Shown piece after piece: positions 1-12,700 of a stretch of DNA of 64,000 nt; position 1 is the first letter of the stretch, and each line of letters begins with the position of its first letter. Origin of the DNA: Octopus bimaculoides (lineage: Eukaryota). A program made the translations under genes and the position numbers. Below the pieces are notes generated by a model that was given only the letters and a program-made list of their open reading frames with translations, searched no databases and was not told the DNA's origin. The stretch covers positions 14,925,590 through 14,989,589 of the forward strand of contig NC_069002.1 of assembly GCF_001194135.2 (NCBI RefSeq), given 5' to 3'.

Positions 1-802
1 TAATGGTGTGGAGAGGGGAGGCTGGTACGCATGGGCAACTGCTGGTCTTCCATAAACAACCTTGCCTAGACTTGAACCTTGGAAGGAACTTTCTAGGTGC
101 AATCCCATGGTCATTCATAACCGAAAGCGGTCTTTACCCTTTATATCTATCTATATATGCATACACACACATACGCACACAAACACATATGTATATATAC
201 ACATGCACCCATATATGTTCTATTACTGTGTTGCAAGTTACTCGGGGGCCCTCACTGGTGCTAGTGTCATGAAAAAGGAGCCAAGAAGTGTTCATAAAAC
301 GTTTGGCTTTAGGAAAGACCTGCAACTGCAGAAACCATGCCAATGCTAACATCAGAGCTTGATGTAGGCAGCACTGTGGCTTGCTTCATCCTCACAAACC
401 GTCCAACCTGTGCCAGCATGGGGAATGGATATCAAATGATGATGATGATATGTGTATATATTTTATGTGTGTATTAAATCTTATACTTGTGTAAACACTA
501 ATTCTGAAAGAGGACAAGATGTCCCCATAGCCATCACTTGCCAAATAACCGTCTCACTGATCACATCCCTCCCCCATCTCTCCACACCATTTAAGGCAGT
601 AGTTGGCCATTAATTTTTCAATACTGTTATATAAAACAGATGTGTAAGAACCCTTAAGAGGAAGAGATGTATACATATCAAAAAAAAAAAATAATGAATC
701 TTTGTGTCTTCAGAGGATCATTATGTCAAAAATAACACAAGCACTGGTTTAATATCACTTCATTGTTTGTCAGTTGGTTGAATAATCAACTAACAATAAT
801 GA

Positions 803-1130
803 AGATGCCTGGCTCAGTGGTTAGAACATTGGACTCACAATCACAAGTTAGTGAGTTCGAGTCCTAGACCAGGCTGTGTGTGGTGTTCTTGAGCAAGACA
901 TGTTATTTTATGTTGCTCCAGTTCACTCAGCTGTAGAAATGAGTTGTATCAGCCTTTGCCTTTCCCTTGGATAACATCAGTAGCGTAGAGAGAGGAAGCT
1001 GGTATGCATGGGTGACTGCTGGTCTTCTATAAATAACCTTGCCTGGACTTGTGCCTTAGAGGGGAACTTTCTAGGTGCAATACCATGCTCATTCATGACC
1101 AAAGTGGGGGGGGGTCTTTACTTTTTACCC
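803..1130 (+). mobile_element. tRNA-derived SINE family E (partial copies at 1-140 and 36325-36590)
   Basis: GGCTCAGTGGTTAGAAC...GTTCGAGTCCTAG head; shared GGAACTTTCTAGGTGCAAT tail. Confidence 0.8.
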
Positions 1131-2085
1131 CTTTTAATGAAGAAGTGATATTGAATCAGTGCATGTGTCATTTATTATTGGCATAATGACCCTTCCAAAA
1201 CACAACAAAATTTGTTCCAACAGAGAAATTCACATCAAGGATCTTGCAAACCAAATACAAAAATGAAAGGAATCTTTCATTTTATTAATTCCTACAAATA
1301 CAATTTTATATTTTTTGTTTTGGGGTTTGAACTTGAAACCCTCCATCCCCTTTTTATTTTCTATTCTTGTATGGGTTTTGGAAACTTCACCAGTGAGAAG
1401 CTTGAAAATTGAATATGGGTCAAATTTTGATCTGCAGACAAAGGATTCTTCACCCTTGATGAAGAGAGCGGAAAGGAAAAAAAAATTTTTCTATTTTCTA
1501 TAATGCCAAATTTATGAAATATGATCTATATACCAGGGAAACGAGTGGCTGAGAAGAAATACAAATTTCCCTTTATTTCCTGGATAATATGAGAAAAAAT
1601 ACCAATCACTCGTTCAACCAATAACTCTATCAAAATACTAATCGGAAGAAGTATAGTTTGTGTTGACAAGAATTCTTTAGAAAAGTTCACAAATTTCTGC
1701 AAGTTTATATGATAAAGGGACAAGATTGGTGATTAGGTTTTGAGCAAAACTCTCCTTTCTAGTTTTGGGCCTTAATTAAAACCCATAGATAAAGTTTGCC
1801 ATTCATCACTTGGGGAATTAGTTGCCTCCCTTAAAATAGCTGACCTTGTGCTGAAATTGGAAACCTCAAATCTCAAAAATCTTCCTCAGGATTCTAGCAG
1901 AATTCAATATGGTACACTTTTCTGTGGGTCAACAACACGAGTACCAATCCCAACATTTCTCAGTCTCTTAGATAGCTGTCCAGGTGTTGTTTCAAGTGTT
2001 GATTTAGCCTTTCATCCCTTTTGTGGTCAATAAAAATAAGTACTTGCTGGCCTTGTGCCAAAATTTGAAACCATTATTATTATTA

Positions 2086-2124
<39 letters not shown>

Positions 2125-2134
2125 NNNNNNNNNN

Positions 2135-2177
<43 letters not shown>

Positions 2178-2186
2178 CATTATTAT

Positions 2187-2875
2187 TAAGGTGGCAAGCT
2201 GGTAGAATTGTTAGCACACCAGGCGAAATGCTTAGCGACATTTCATCTATTTCCATCTTGAATTCAAATTCCGCCGAGGTTGTCTTTACTTTTCATCCTT
2301 TTGGGGTAGATAAAAAAAAGTACCAGTTATGCACTGGGATCGCTGTAATTGCCTAACCCCCTCACTAAAATTTCAGGCCTTGTGCCTACAGTATAAGGAG
2401 TTATTATTATTATTATTATTATTATTATCATCATTAAGGTGGCAAGGGTGGTGAGCTGGCAGAATCGTTAGCATGTTGGACGAAATGCTTAGCAGTATTT
2501 TGCCCGTCGCTACGTTCTGAGTTCAAATTCCACCTTTCATCCTTTTGGTGTCAATAAATTAAGTACCAGTTGTGTACTGGGTCAATCTAATCGACTGCCC
2601 CCCCCCCCGCTCCCACCAAATTTCAGGTCTTGTGCCTATAATAGAAAGGATTATTATTATGGTGGCAAGCTGGACGGAACATTAGTACACCAGAGAAAAT
2701 TCTTAATAGCATTTTGTCTGTTTTTATGTTCTGAGTTCAAATACTGCTGAGGTTGACTTTGTCCTTCATCCTTTCAGTTGATGAAATAAGTACCAGTCAT
2801 GCACTGTGGTCGATGTAATTGACTTGTCCATTCCCCAAAATTTCAGGCCCCGTGCCTATAGTAGAAAGGGTTATT
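2187..2875 (+). mobile_element. Three tandem copies of SINE family C separated by (ATT)n
   Basis: GGCAGAATCGTTAGC...GAAATGCTTAGC...TTCAAATTCC...TTTCATCCTTT...AAGTACCAGT repeated at ~2187, 2437, 2660. Confidence 0.85.
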
Positions 2876-3605
2876 TTTAAAGAAAGAGGGTGGCTGAAAT
2901 GATAGTGAAATGAACAAAAATACCTTGTGGTATTTCTCTCTTCTAGGTTTGATAAAATAAAGTACTCGACATGTATGGGTACCTTCATTTGATTAACTGG
3001 TCCCGGCCCCAAGATTCATGGCTTTACACTAATATGGGAAAATACTGAAACAGAACTGTTTTCCCCCACAAGATGGGTTTTGCTTGAAATATCACTATTC
3101 ATGTCACACCAGGTTATAGAAATATTTGCAAATTTGGGAACTTTGACTACGAAATTAATATTTTTTATTACACTTTATATATTATATTATATCATCCTAT
3201 ATCTTTATTATGTTACTATTGTTATTTTCACATTTTTTTTTGCAATATTACTATAAATATTTCTATCATTTTCTTTTCTATTGTATACATTATCATCATG
3301 ATATTATATATGTGTGTGTGTATACATATATATATAGGTGTCATAATTAATATGTGTATATTTGTATGTCTGGATATATATATATATATACATTAATGTA
3401 TATATATATATATAGGAAGGGCATCCAGCAGTAGAAACTTTACCAGATCAGATTGGAGCCTGGTACAGCCTTCTGGCTTGCCAGCCCTCAGTCAAATCAT
3501 CCAACTCATGCCAGCATGTAAAGCGGACATTAAACGACGATGATGATGATAATGATGATGAGGTATCATAATTAATATGTGCATATTTGTGTGTATGGAT
3601 CTCTT

Positions 3606-3682
<77 letters not shown>

Positions 3683-3725
3683 ATATGTATATATACACAC
3701 ATATATTCATATATATATAGACATG

Positions 3726-3759
<34 letters not shown>

Positions 3760-5685
3760 TACACACGCACACACACACATATATATGTCTCACTGAAACC
3801 AATTTTAATTGTAAATTTACTCTGCAAATATATTTTACAATGTACTTGAAAAAGTCTGAAAATAAATTGTATTTATTAGAAATGTGTTTAGTAATAAATG
3901 TACAAAATGATGTGAAAATTTCAAAACTTTTTTAGATTTTCAGTAAAGTTAGCTTTCAGTGATTTTTGAAATTAATAAAAAAATATTACAGAAACATATT
4001 CAAAATGCCATAAAAGGAAAGTAAAGGACAAAAACAGACAGTGTTTCTCTAGATACTTGTAAAATGATGAGATGGCCATGGTTGGAATGTCTTTACTTGT
4101 AGTTGTTTCCAATCGAAATCAACTTGAGGAGAATCATAGCAACTTTAAAGCTTTCTTCATTTGTTTATTTTTACATCTATTTTTCCATGCTGGCATGGGT
4201 CAGAGGAGAATGTTATTGATGCATTAACGTACAACTGAGTGCCTTTCCTGTCACTAAGCCTTGTCTTTTAAGTAAGGGATCCTTTGTTTCACTCATCTAA
4301 GAAGATAGGGATAGTTTGTTGACAGGAGAAATGACCTCATTGGCACTTGTTGCTCACAACAATCAGCAAATATGTGAACAAACACGCACATTTACATACA
4401 TTCATACATATTGGGCACATATACAGACACACATATGTACATATATGCACACACATACACAACAGACATCTTTCAGTTTCTGTCCACTAAATCCTGTAGT
4501 TTGTTGAGATTTCTTCTAAACTGAAGTGGAAAGCAGAAGAAATTGCTGCCGGAGAACAGGTAAGATCGAGATGGATCTGAAGAAATAGACCAGAAAAGAT
4601 ATTTAATATCAGACTAGTGATTGGGATACATCTCATTAGTTTGCAGAATCTCCCAACCACATTGTTCTAGGTTCAGTCCTACTTTGTGTCACCTTGGGCA
4701 AAGCCTTGTGAGTGGATTTGGTAGACGGAAACTGAAAGAAGCCCGTCTTATGTATATAAATGTGTAAAAGGTTGATAGTAGCAATAGAGACTTTAGCCTC
4801 TCTCTATCACCTTTCAACAAAATTATATATTAAGAAACAGTAGAACAATTAGTAACATAATAAAAATAAGTTTTATTTTTGGTGATGCTTGGCTTTACAA
4901 AATCCTGTGTCATTCATACTGGTAGCCGCTGGTTAACTTGTAATCGGCATCTGGATGTTAAGAGCTTCGTTGAGGCATGCCAAAGGAGCAAGTAGTTGTC
5001 ACATCATAAGTATCACGTTAAAGAGGCTTAGAAAGCACGCAAAGCGCTTTAAGTACTGGTTTTACTATGCATGCGCACTTGAGGGGCTTCCGGGAATGCA
5101 AGTCCTTTGCGCATGCGTAGATTGTACTTCCTTAATGGTGGCCATGCATTCGCGCCACTACACATGTATATACCTATGTATGTGTATCATTGTGCCAGTG
5201 TTTGTCCTCCCATCACTGCTTGACAACTGGCGTTGGTTTGTTCATGTCACCCTAACTTAGCAGTTCAGCCAATTCGTTCAATTAAAATCCCTTCTAGGTG
5301 GTGCTCCAGCATGGCTGCAGTCTGATGACTGAAACAAATAAAACAATTAAAGAAACGGTGATGTCCAAGCAAATCTCAACTCCAGGAACTCACAGCCAGA
5401 CTGAAATAACCATGTAAAGGTAATGGAATGAAGGCCAGTCCAGAAAAAAGACAAAATTCTCATTAATTGCCACAAATTTGTAGGCTGACCAAGATACTCT
5501 CATAGAATGTGACCAAATGAGATTTATTTCTCATCATAATCCCCCTTGTGGTCCACACATTTCTTCCATCAATGTTGCAGGGGTCAGATCCCGTTGGTCA
5601 AGAAGCTTTCATCTTGTTGGTCAGAAAAGTCATCACTGCAATATTTGTTCCTGAATGATTTTTTTTTTTCTTTCATGTTGGGAAA

Positions 5686-6059
5686 TGTTGTTGTTGGCAC
5701 TCCGTCGCTTACGACGTCGTGGGTTCCAGTTGATTCGATCAACGGAACAGCCTGCTCGTGAAATTAACGTGCAAGTGGCTGAGCACTCCACAAACACGTG
5801 TACCCTTAACGTAGTTCTCGGGGATATTCAGCGTGACATAGTGTGACAAGGCTGGCCCTTTGAATTACAGGCACAACAGAAACAGGAAGTAAGAGTGAGA
5901 GAAAGTTGTGGTGAAAGAGTACAGCAGGGTTCGCCACCGTCCCCTGCCAGAGCCTCGTGGAGCTTTAGGTGTTTTTGCTCAATAAACACTAACAACGCCC
6001 GGTCTGGGAATCTAAACCGCGAGTCCGCTGCCCTAACCACTGGGCCATTGCGCCTCCAC
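5686..6059 (-). mobile_element. tRNA-derived SINE, family A (tail GGAGTGCCAACAAC)
   Basis: Near-identical to copies at 10845, 12473, 31937, 44520, 50441; tRNA-like head GGCGCAATGGCCCAGTGGTTAGGG...TTCGATTCCC. Confidence 0.9.
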
Positions 6060-7841
6060 TCGGGGGATAGAAGGGGTCAAATCAAGAAAATAGGAAGGGT
6101 GGTCAACCAGTTCAAAAGCTACGGTCACATAGAGCAGCCATTGAAACCAAGGATTTGGCAATATAAGTAACTCAGGCGTGCTGGATGAGAACACATAGCT
6201 TCTCTACTAACGTTGATAAAATATTCTTATTTAGTTTGGTAGTGAAAGAAAGAAAGGAAAAACAAAACAACCTAAAACGAAAAAGAACTCATTTTGAGAG
6301 AAACAGAGTTACCTCCCTTAAAACGATTCTAGCAATGTCCAGAAACAAGTCAGTCTTTACGTTTTTTAGTCCGCAAATAGGAGAAAATTAACAATGACAT
6401 AAGGAGGGTATCCGTTCTCTCTTTATGGTGTAATACCACTGAAATAATTTCATGATTTAAGGTAAACCAGAGTAGAGGCAAACAGGGCCGGTTAAAAACC
6501 AATTAGACAGCTTGGTTCAAATTGGACCTCGCGTTAAGTTAGGAAGACACTATGATGAATTAAACCCTTTGACTGCATCAAGCACAGATATCCATCCAAA
6601 TCTCTCTACCTTTTTTATGTGACAAGCAGATTTACCCTATGACTTTTCATTAAGAAAAATAAAACAAAAAAACTCGTATTTTTTTTTTTTGCGCGGAATC
6701 AAGTACCCTGATCTCCTAATAAACCACAAACTCCTTACTTTTGTTCGGAAAAAAGGTGGGGATGGGTCCTTCCCATCCCTGAATCACTGGATTTAAAAAA
6801 ATTTTTCCGTTGAATCAGTTACGGTGACCTAATATGCCATAAAAATCCTTTTTTTTTTTTTTTTNNNNNNNNNNNNNNNNNNNNNNNNNNNNNNNNNNNN
6901 NNNNNNNNNNNNNNNNNNNNNNNNNNNNNNNNNNNNNNNNNNNNNNNNNNNNNNNNNNNNNNNNNNNNNNNNNNNNNNNNNNNNNNNNNNNNNNNNNNNN
7001 NNNNNNNNNNNNNNNNNNNNNNNNNNNNNNNNNNNNNNNNNNNNNNNNNNNNNNNNNNNNNNNNNNNNNNNNNNNNNNNNNNNNNNNNNNNNNNNNNNNN
7101 NNNNNNNNNNNNNNNNNNNNNNNNNNNNNNNNNNNNNNNNNNNNNNNNNNNNNNNNNNNNNNNNNNNNNNNNNNNNNNNNNNNNNNNNNNNNNNNNNNNN
7201 NNNNNNNNNNNNNNNNNNNNNNNNNNNNNNNNNNNNNNNNNNNNNNNNNNNNNNNNNNNNNNNNNNNNNNNNNNNNNNNNNNNNNNNNNNNNNNNNNNNN
7301 NNNNNNNNNNNNNNNNNNNNNNNNNNNNNNNNNNNNNNNNNNNNNNNNNNNNNNNNNNNNNNNNNNNNNNNNNNNNNNNNNNNNNNNNNNNNNNNNNNNN
7401 NNNNNNNNNNNNNNNNNNNNNNNNNNNNNNNNNNNNNNNNNNNNNNNNNNNNNNNNNNNNNNNNNNNNNNNNNNNNNNNNNNNNNNNNNNNNNNNNNNNN
7501 NNNNNNNNNNNNNNNNNNNNNNNNNNNNNNNNNNNNNNNNNNNNNNNNNNNNNNNNNNNNNNNNNNNNNNNNNNNNNNNNNNNNNNNNNNNNNNNNNNNN
7601 NNNNNNNNNNNNNNNNNNNNNNNNNNNNNNNNNNNNNNNNNNNNNNNNNNNNNNNNNNNNNNNNNNNNNNNNNNNNNNNNNNNNNNNNNNNNNNNNNNNN
7701 NNNNNNNNNNNNNNNNNNNNNNNNNNNNNNNNNNNNNNNNNNNNNNNNNNNNNNNNNNNNNNNNNNNNNNNNNNNNNNNNNNNNNNNNNNNNNNNNNNNN
7801 NNNNNNNNNNNNNNNNNNNNNNNNNATATATATATGACAGT

Positions 7842-7985
7842 GTGTATGAATATGTAGACGAATTACTTATTACTTACTTTTTTGCTGTCAAATCATTGGA
7901 TTAATCCCAATTTCAAATTTTCTGACAAAACTCCAAGCTGTATGAAACTAGATTTCGGTATGCTAAAAATAACAGCTAAATGTCT

Positions 7986-8036
<51 letters not shown>

Positions 8037-8343
8037 AGTATTGTAGAAGATAAAAAGTTTTTTTTCTCCTTAGACATAAAATATAGTCTGTAAATTAAGG
8101 ATGTTTTTAAAAGATACTATGTTATCATCGGAATATATATATTTTCTCAAACAACAATTAAGAGAAATTTATTTGAAATCGCTTGTTTGTAGAGAGAAAA
8201 CTTTTATTCTTTCCCCTCCACTCACACAAAAATGACACCTAAAGCGAGAAAAAAGTTTGTATTTTGTATTCTGTTGGGATTAATCCAATGATTTGACAGC
8301 AAAAACGTAAATAAATAAGTACTTTGCCTACATATACATACAC
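7842..8343. mobile_element. MITE-like element with ~70-bp terminal inverted repeats
   Basis: 7842-7910 is the reverse complement of 8274-8343 (TTTTGCTGTCAAATCATTGGATTAATCCCAA shared). Confidence 0.7.
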
Positions 8344-8747
8344 TCTCTTATATATATGTGTGTGTGTATGTAAATTCAAAACTAAAAATGGAATAGAGTG
8401 AAATATTACATGTGGTTAGACGATATAAAGTCTATTTATTCAGCATATTGGCATAGAATTTTTTTCTTTTGCCCTTATTTATAATTGTTTATAATTTTCA
8501 CCTTAAAAGGTATTTTAATATGCTGGCCACTGACAAACTTTTTTACCCTTATATTAGAAGTAAATTTATTACCATTCACTTCAGTACTGCAAACCACTTT
8601 ATGTAAGTTTCATGACCGTCTACACGTGTGTTGAGGCTTGCTACAGAATTTCTATTTGGATATATTTCGGGTACTTAAATGTACTCCTGACTTTGCACCT
8701 GTCATTTCTACGGGTATATGTAAGTACTCCATTTATTCTTATCGTAT

Positions 8748-8807
8748 TCCTCGCTGACGAAGGAAGAATCCTTTTGGATTAATCCAGAAATCGGCCCGAT
8801 TCGGGGA
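8748..8807 (+). ncRNA. Type I hammerhead ribozyme motif
   Basis: TCCTCG-CTGACGA-A-GGAAGAATCCTTTTGGATTAATCC-A-GAAA-TCGGCCCGA-TT-CGGGGA. Confidence 0.65.
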
Positions 8808-9625
8808 TAACGGAATTTAAAAGAATTTGTTTGCTTTCCTTGTTTCAATACGCTGTGTATTTATAGTGAAATATTGTATGTGGTTAGACCAGGGGTTTTC
8901 AAACTTTTTGACTTGCGGACCCCTTTATATNNNNNNNNNNNNNNNNNNNNNNNNNNNNNNNNNNNNNNNNNNNNNNNNNNNNNNNNNNNNNNNNNNNNNN
9001 NNNNNNNNNNNNNNNNNNNNNNNNNNNNNNTATATATACATATATATATATATGTATATATATACATATATATATGTATACATACAATATATACTCACAT
9101 AGTGCTTCCGCTTCCAGAAGTCAGTTTTCCTAAAATGAGTGTAACTTTACATACATACATGCATATGTATATATATATTTCGTTTTGGGATTTGCAAAGA
9201 GAGTCAAAACTATTGAAAAGGTTGCAAGATGCAATGAAAATTTTAGAAAAATAAAGAACGAAATGCGTGGAAATTTTACCGGTGAGTGTTTTAAATTATA
9301 AGACACTAAAGGAGAATGACTTTCCCCAGACACAACAGTATATACATGGTCCTTCCACAATGTAACCTCGTGGATATCGGCGGCGATTTTTTCTTCCTCC
9401 GTTTTCCCATTCTTTGGACTTTCTTTGTTTCCGACAAAGAGCTCCGCTCGAAACGTCATACTCTCTTTCCTTTCCCGAGCGTCCAGTAACACAATCTGTA
9501 TCACGTCCTCACATTGTTTTTTTGTCTTTTTCCTTTTTTGAACTTATATATATATATATATATACATAGATAGATAGATAGATCGGAGAGAGAGAAAGAA
9601 ATATCAGAATTTGTGAACAACTTAC

Positions 9626-9753
9626 ATCATTGTTACCAAATGAAGGATCATAATTTCCAAAGCCACTTTTTTGAATTGCCCGCTTCTTCCTTGAGCTTGA
9701 TCCGTCAGTTTTGATGACAGCATTTTCAAGAATGTTCTTAGTTATGTCTCTCA
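9626..9753 (-). CDS. Exon 35, last traced (RDITKNILEN...SRKKRAIQ...YDPSFGNND), with furin-type RKKR
   Basis: 128 nt, phase 1-0, GTAAGT; paralog of 40450-40556. Confidence 0.88.
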
Positions 9754-12700
9754 CTGCAACAACAGAAACACTTTGATTTAGGGACAAAATAAACGGAACC
9801 AGCCACAGCAGTAGATATAAACTATTAAAAATGAATGAAGGAGGGGTTTAATGAAGGAATGTCTATGTGGAATCCCTGTTGCATCTTACAATGAGTAATG
9901 AGATATCTGTCTTATAATAATTCTGGGTAATTATAACACAAAAATTACATTAAGTGTTTAACTCTTTAACATTCAGATTTCTCTGTCAAATGTGATGTTT
10001 ATTTATTCACATTGTTTTGGATTAAATATATCTCTCTTACTTGTTTCAGTCATTTGACTGTGGCCATGCTGGAGCACTGCCTTTAGTCGACCAAATCGAC
10101 CCCAGGACTTATTGTTTGTAAGCCTAGTACTTATTCTATCGGTCTCTTTTGCCAAACCGCTAAGTTATGGGGACATAAACACACTACCATTGGTTGTCAA
10201 GTGATGTTGGGGGGGGGGACAAACACAGACACACACACAAACACACACACACACACACACATGTATACATATATACGACGGGCTTCTTTCAGTTTCCGTG
10301 TACCAAATCCACTCACAAGGCTTTGGTTGGCCCGAGGCTATAGTAGAAGACACTTGCCCAAGGTGCCACGCAGTGGGACTGAACCCGGAACCATGTGGTT
10401 CATAAGTAAGCTACTTACCACACAGCCACTCCTATGCCTATGGGTATGTACCTTCAATAATGACCTCAGGCTGAATAGTGTCTTGTAAGTGGAAGTGATA
10501 GACATGAGTTGTAAGATGCCTAAAGTGTGTGTGGGTGGGTGTGTATAATGAATCATGGGATGCTGCATTGTGGATGTCAACTATCTTGGCAGATAAACTT
10601 ATTGAGTCAGTGGCAGATGTGGCTAGATGATGAGTAGAGGAACAGTCAACAAACTATCAATGGTCAAGATCAGCCACTTGAGTCAATGAATTCCAGCTAT
10701 CATCTGTAGTTATGGTGTGTCCAGATGCAACATTCAGCTCTCAAAAGACTAATATGACTTATTGGTCAAGGCAAGTTAACTGACTGGAGATGGATGATGA
10801 TGATTGTGTATGTANNNNNNNNNNGTGTATGTATATGTTTATATGTGGAGGCACAATGGCCTAGTGGTTAGGGCAGCAGACTCGCGGTTATAGGATTGCG
10901 GTTTCGATTCCCAGACCAGGCGTTGTGAGTGTTTATTGAGCGAAAACACCTAAAGTTCCACGAGGCTCCGGCAGGGGATGGTGGCGAACCCTGCTGTACT
11001 CTTTCACCACAACTTTCTTTCACTGTTACTTCCTGTTTCTGTTGTGCCTGTAATTCAAAGGGTCAGCCTTGTCACACTGTGTCATGCTGAATATCCCCGA
11101 GAACTCCGTTAAGGGTACACGTGTCTGTGGAGTGCTCAACCACTTGCACGTTAATTTCATGAGCAGGCTGTTCCATTGACGGATCAACTGGAACCCTCGA
11201 CGTCGTAAGCGACGGACTGCCAACAAACATGTATGTGCATATGTATATGTTTGTATGTATGTGTGAGCATATATGTGTCTGTGTGTGTAGATATGTATGT
11301 TTATATGTGTGTATGTGTACATGAGTATTTGTGTGTTTCTGTATTCCCCGTGTCTGATGTTTACACTCTGCCTGAAAACAAGGTCTTTATCCCTAGAAAA
11401 GGAGCCTTGGATACAATCTGCCACAAGCACATGTCCAGTGAATGAACCTGTGTTTACATCGTCTGAAAAGCCAGAATAAACATTCCAGCGCTTGGAAACA
11501 GGTGAGGGATACTGACAGGAAGTGGACTTTAAATTGATGATGATAATTATATTAACATAGCTAACACCATTGGGATACAAATATTATCATTAACGTCTGC
11601 TTTCCATGGGTTGGACAGTTTGACAGGAGCCAACTAGTTTGAAGACTGCCCCAGGCTACTGTGTCTGTTTTGGCATGTTTTTTACAGCTGGATGCCCTTC
11701 CTAATACCAACCACCTTGCAGATTGGACTGAATGCTTTTTATGAGGCACCAGCACTGGTGAAGTCAGTTTAAGCATGGTTTTTACAGCTGGATGCCCTTC
11801 CAAATGCTAACCACTCATCAGTGTGGACTGGATGCTTTTTACGTGGCTCTAGTACCAGCAGGGTCACCTAGTAACTTGCAAGACAAGGAATTTTGAGAGG
11901 AGGGAGGGCATTGAAGGAGGTGATCTTGTGTCAGATACTGAAAGGTTAGAGTGTTAGACATTATTTGATATGAATAGAATAAGATAATGAACAACATTAT
12001 AATTATAAACACAAAAATTATCAAACTGTTCTAAGTGAAGTTATTAACCCTTTAGCATTCAGAATTACACTGTCAAATGTAAAACTTATTTATTCATATT
12101 GTTTTGAATTAATCATGTATTATCTTCTAGCTTTGAAATTTCAATGATATGACTGTTTATTTTTAGAATGACATTGTAGGGTAGGTGCAAGAGGCTGGAT
12201 CAGGCAAGTTTAAATGATAGAAGGTTTAAGGTGTACTTACATTTTTTGCGTAGGGGGCAGCCGATTGCATCTCCAAATGGTTTACAGTCCACTGTTGCAT
12301 CAACACAAGTACAATAAGTCGGAACATCAAAATCCAGTTTCTTGCTGTAGCCATTATAATAAGAATCACCTGTGACTCTGCAAAAACAAAGGTAAGCTTA
12401 TCAACTTTATCTCTACAACAACATAATAGGCCAGTTGCTTAGCATAGTAAGAGAGATATAAATGTGTAAATTGTTGTTGGCACTCTGTCGCTTACGACGT
12501 CGAGGGTTCCAGTTGATCCGATCAACGGAACAACCTGCTCGTGAAATTAACGTGCAAGTGGCAGAGCACTCCACAGACACGTGTACCCTTAACGTAGTTC
12601 TCGGGGATATTCAGCGTGACACAGTGTGACAAGGTTGGCCCTTTGAATTACAGGCACAACAGAAACAGGAAGTAAGAGTGAGAGAAAGTTGTGGTGAAAG

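Noticed and set aside
1520-1985. Possible LINE 3' remnant on the minus strand
   Set aside because: Only a faint resemblance with many stops; family could not be assigned
3448-3935. ORFs rich in YI/CV/HT/ER/SL repeats here and at many other sites, and X-filled ORFs
   Set aside because: They are translations of (TA)n, (CA)n and (GA)n microsatellites and N gaps
8889-8930. hAT-like terminus CAGGGGTTTTCAAACT
   Set aside because: Runs into an N gap and no partner TIR was found
10845-10925. tRNA-like sequences at SINE heads
   Set aside because: They are SINE promoter heads continuous with SINE bodies, not standalone tRNA genes
11026-11580. 184-aa ORF and similar LLAVRRLRRRGFQLIR ORFs
   Set aside because: They read through SINE family A and microsatellite sequence and recur with each SINE copy
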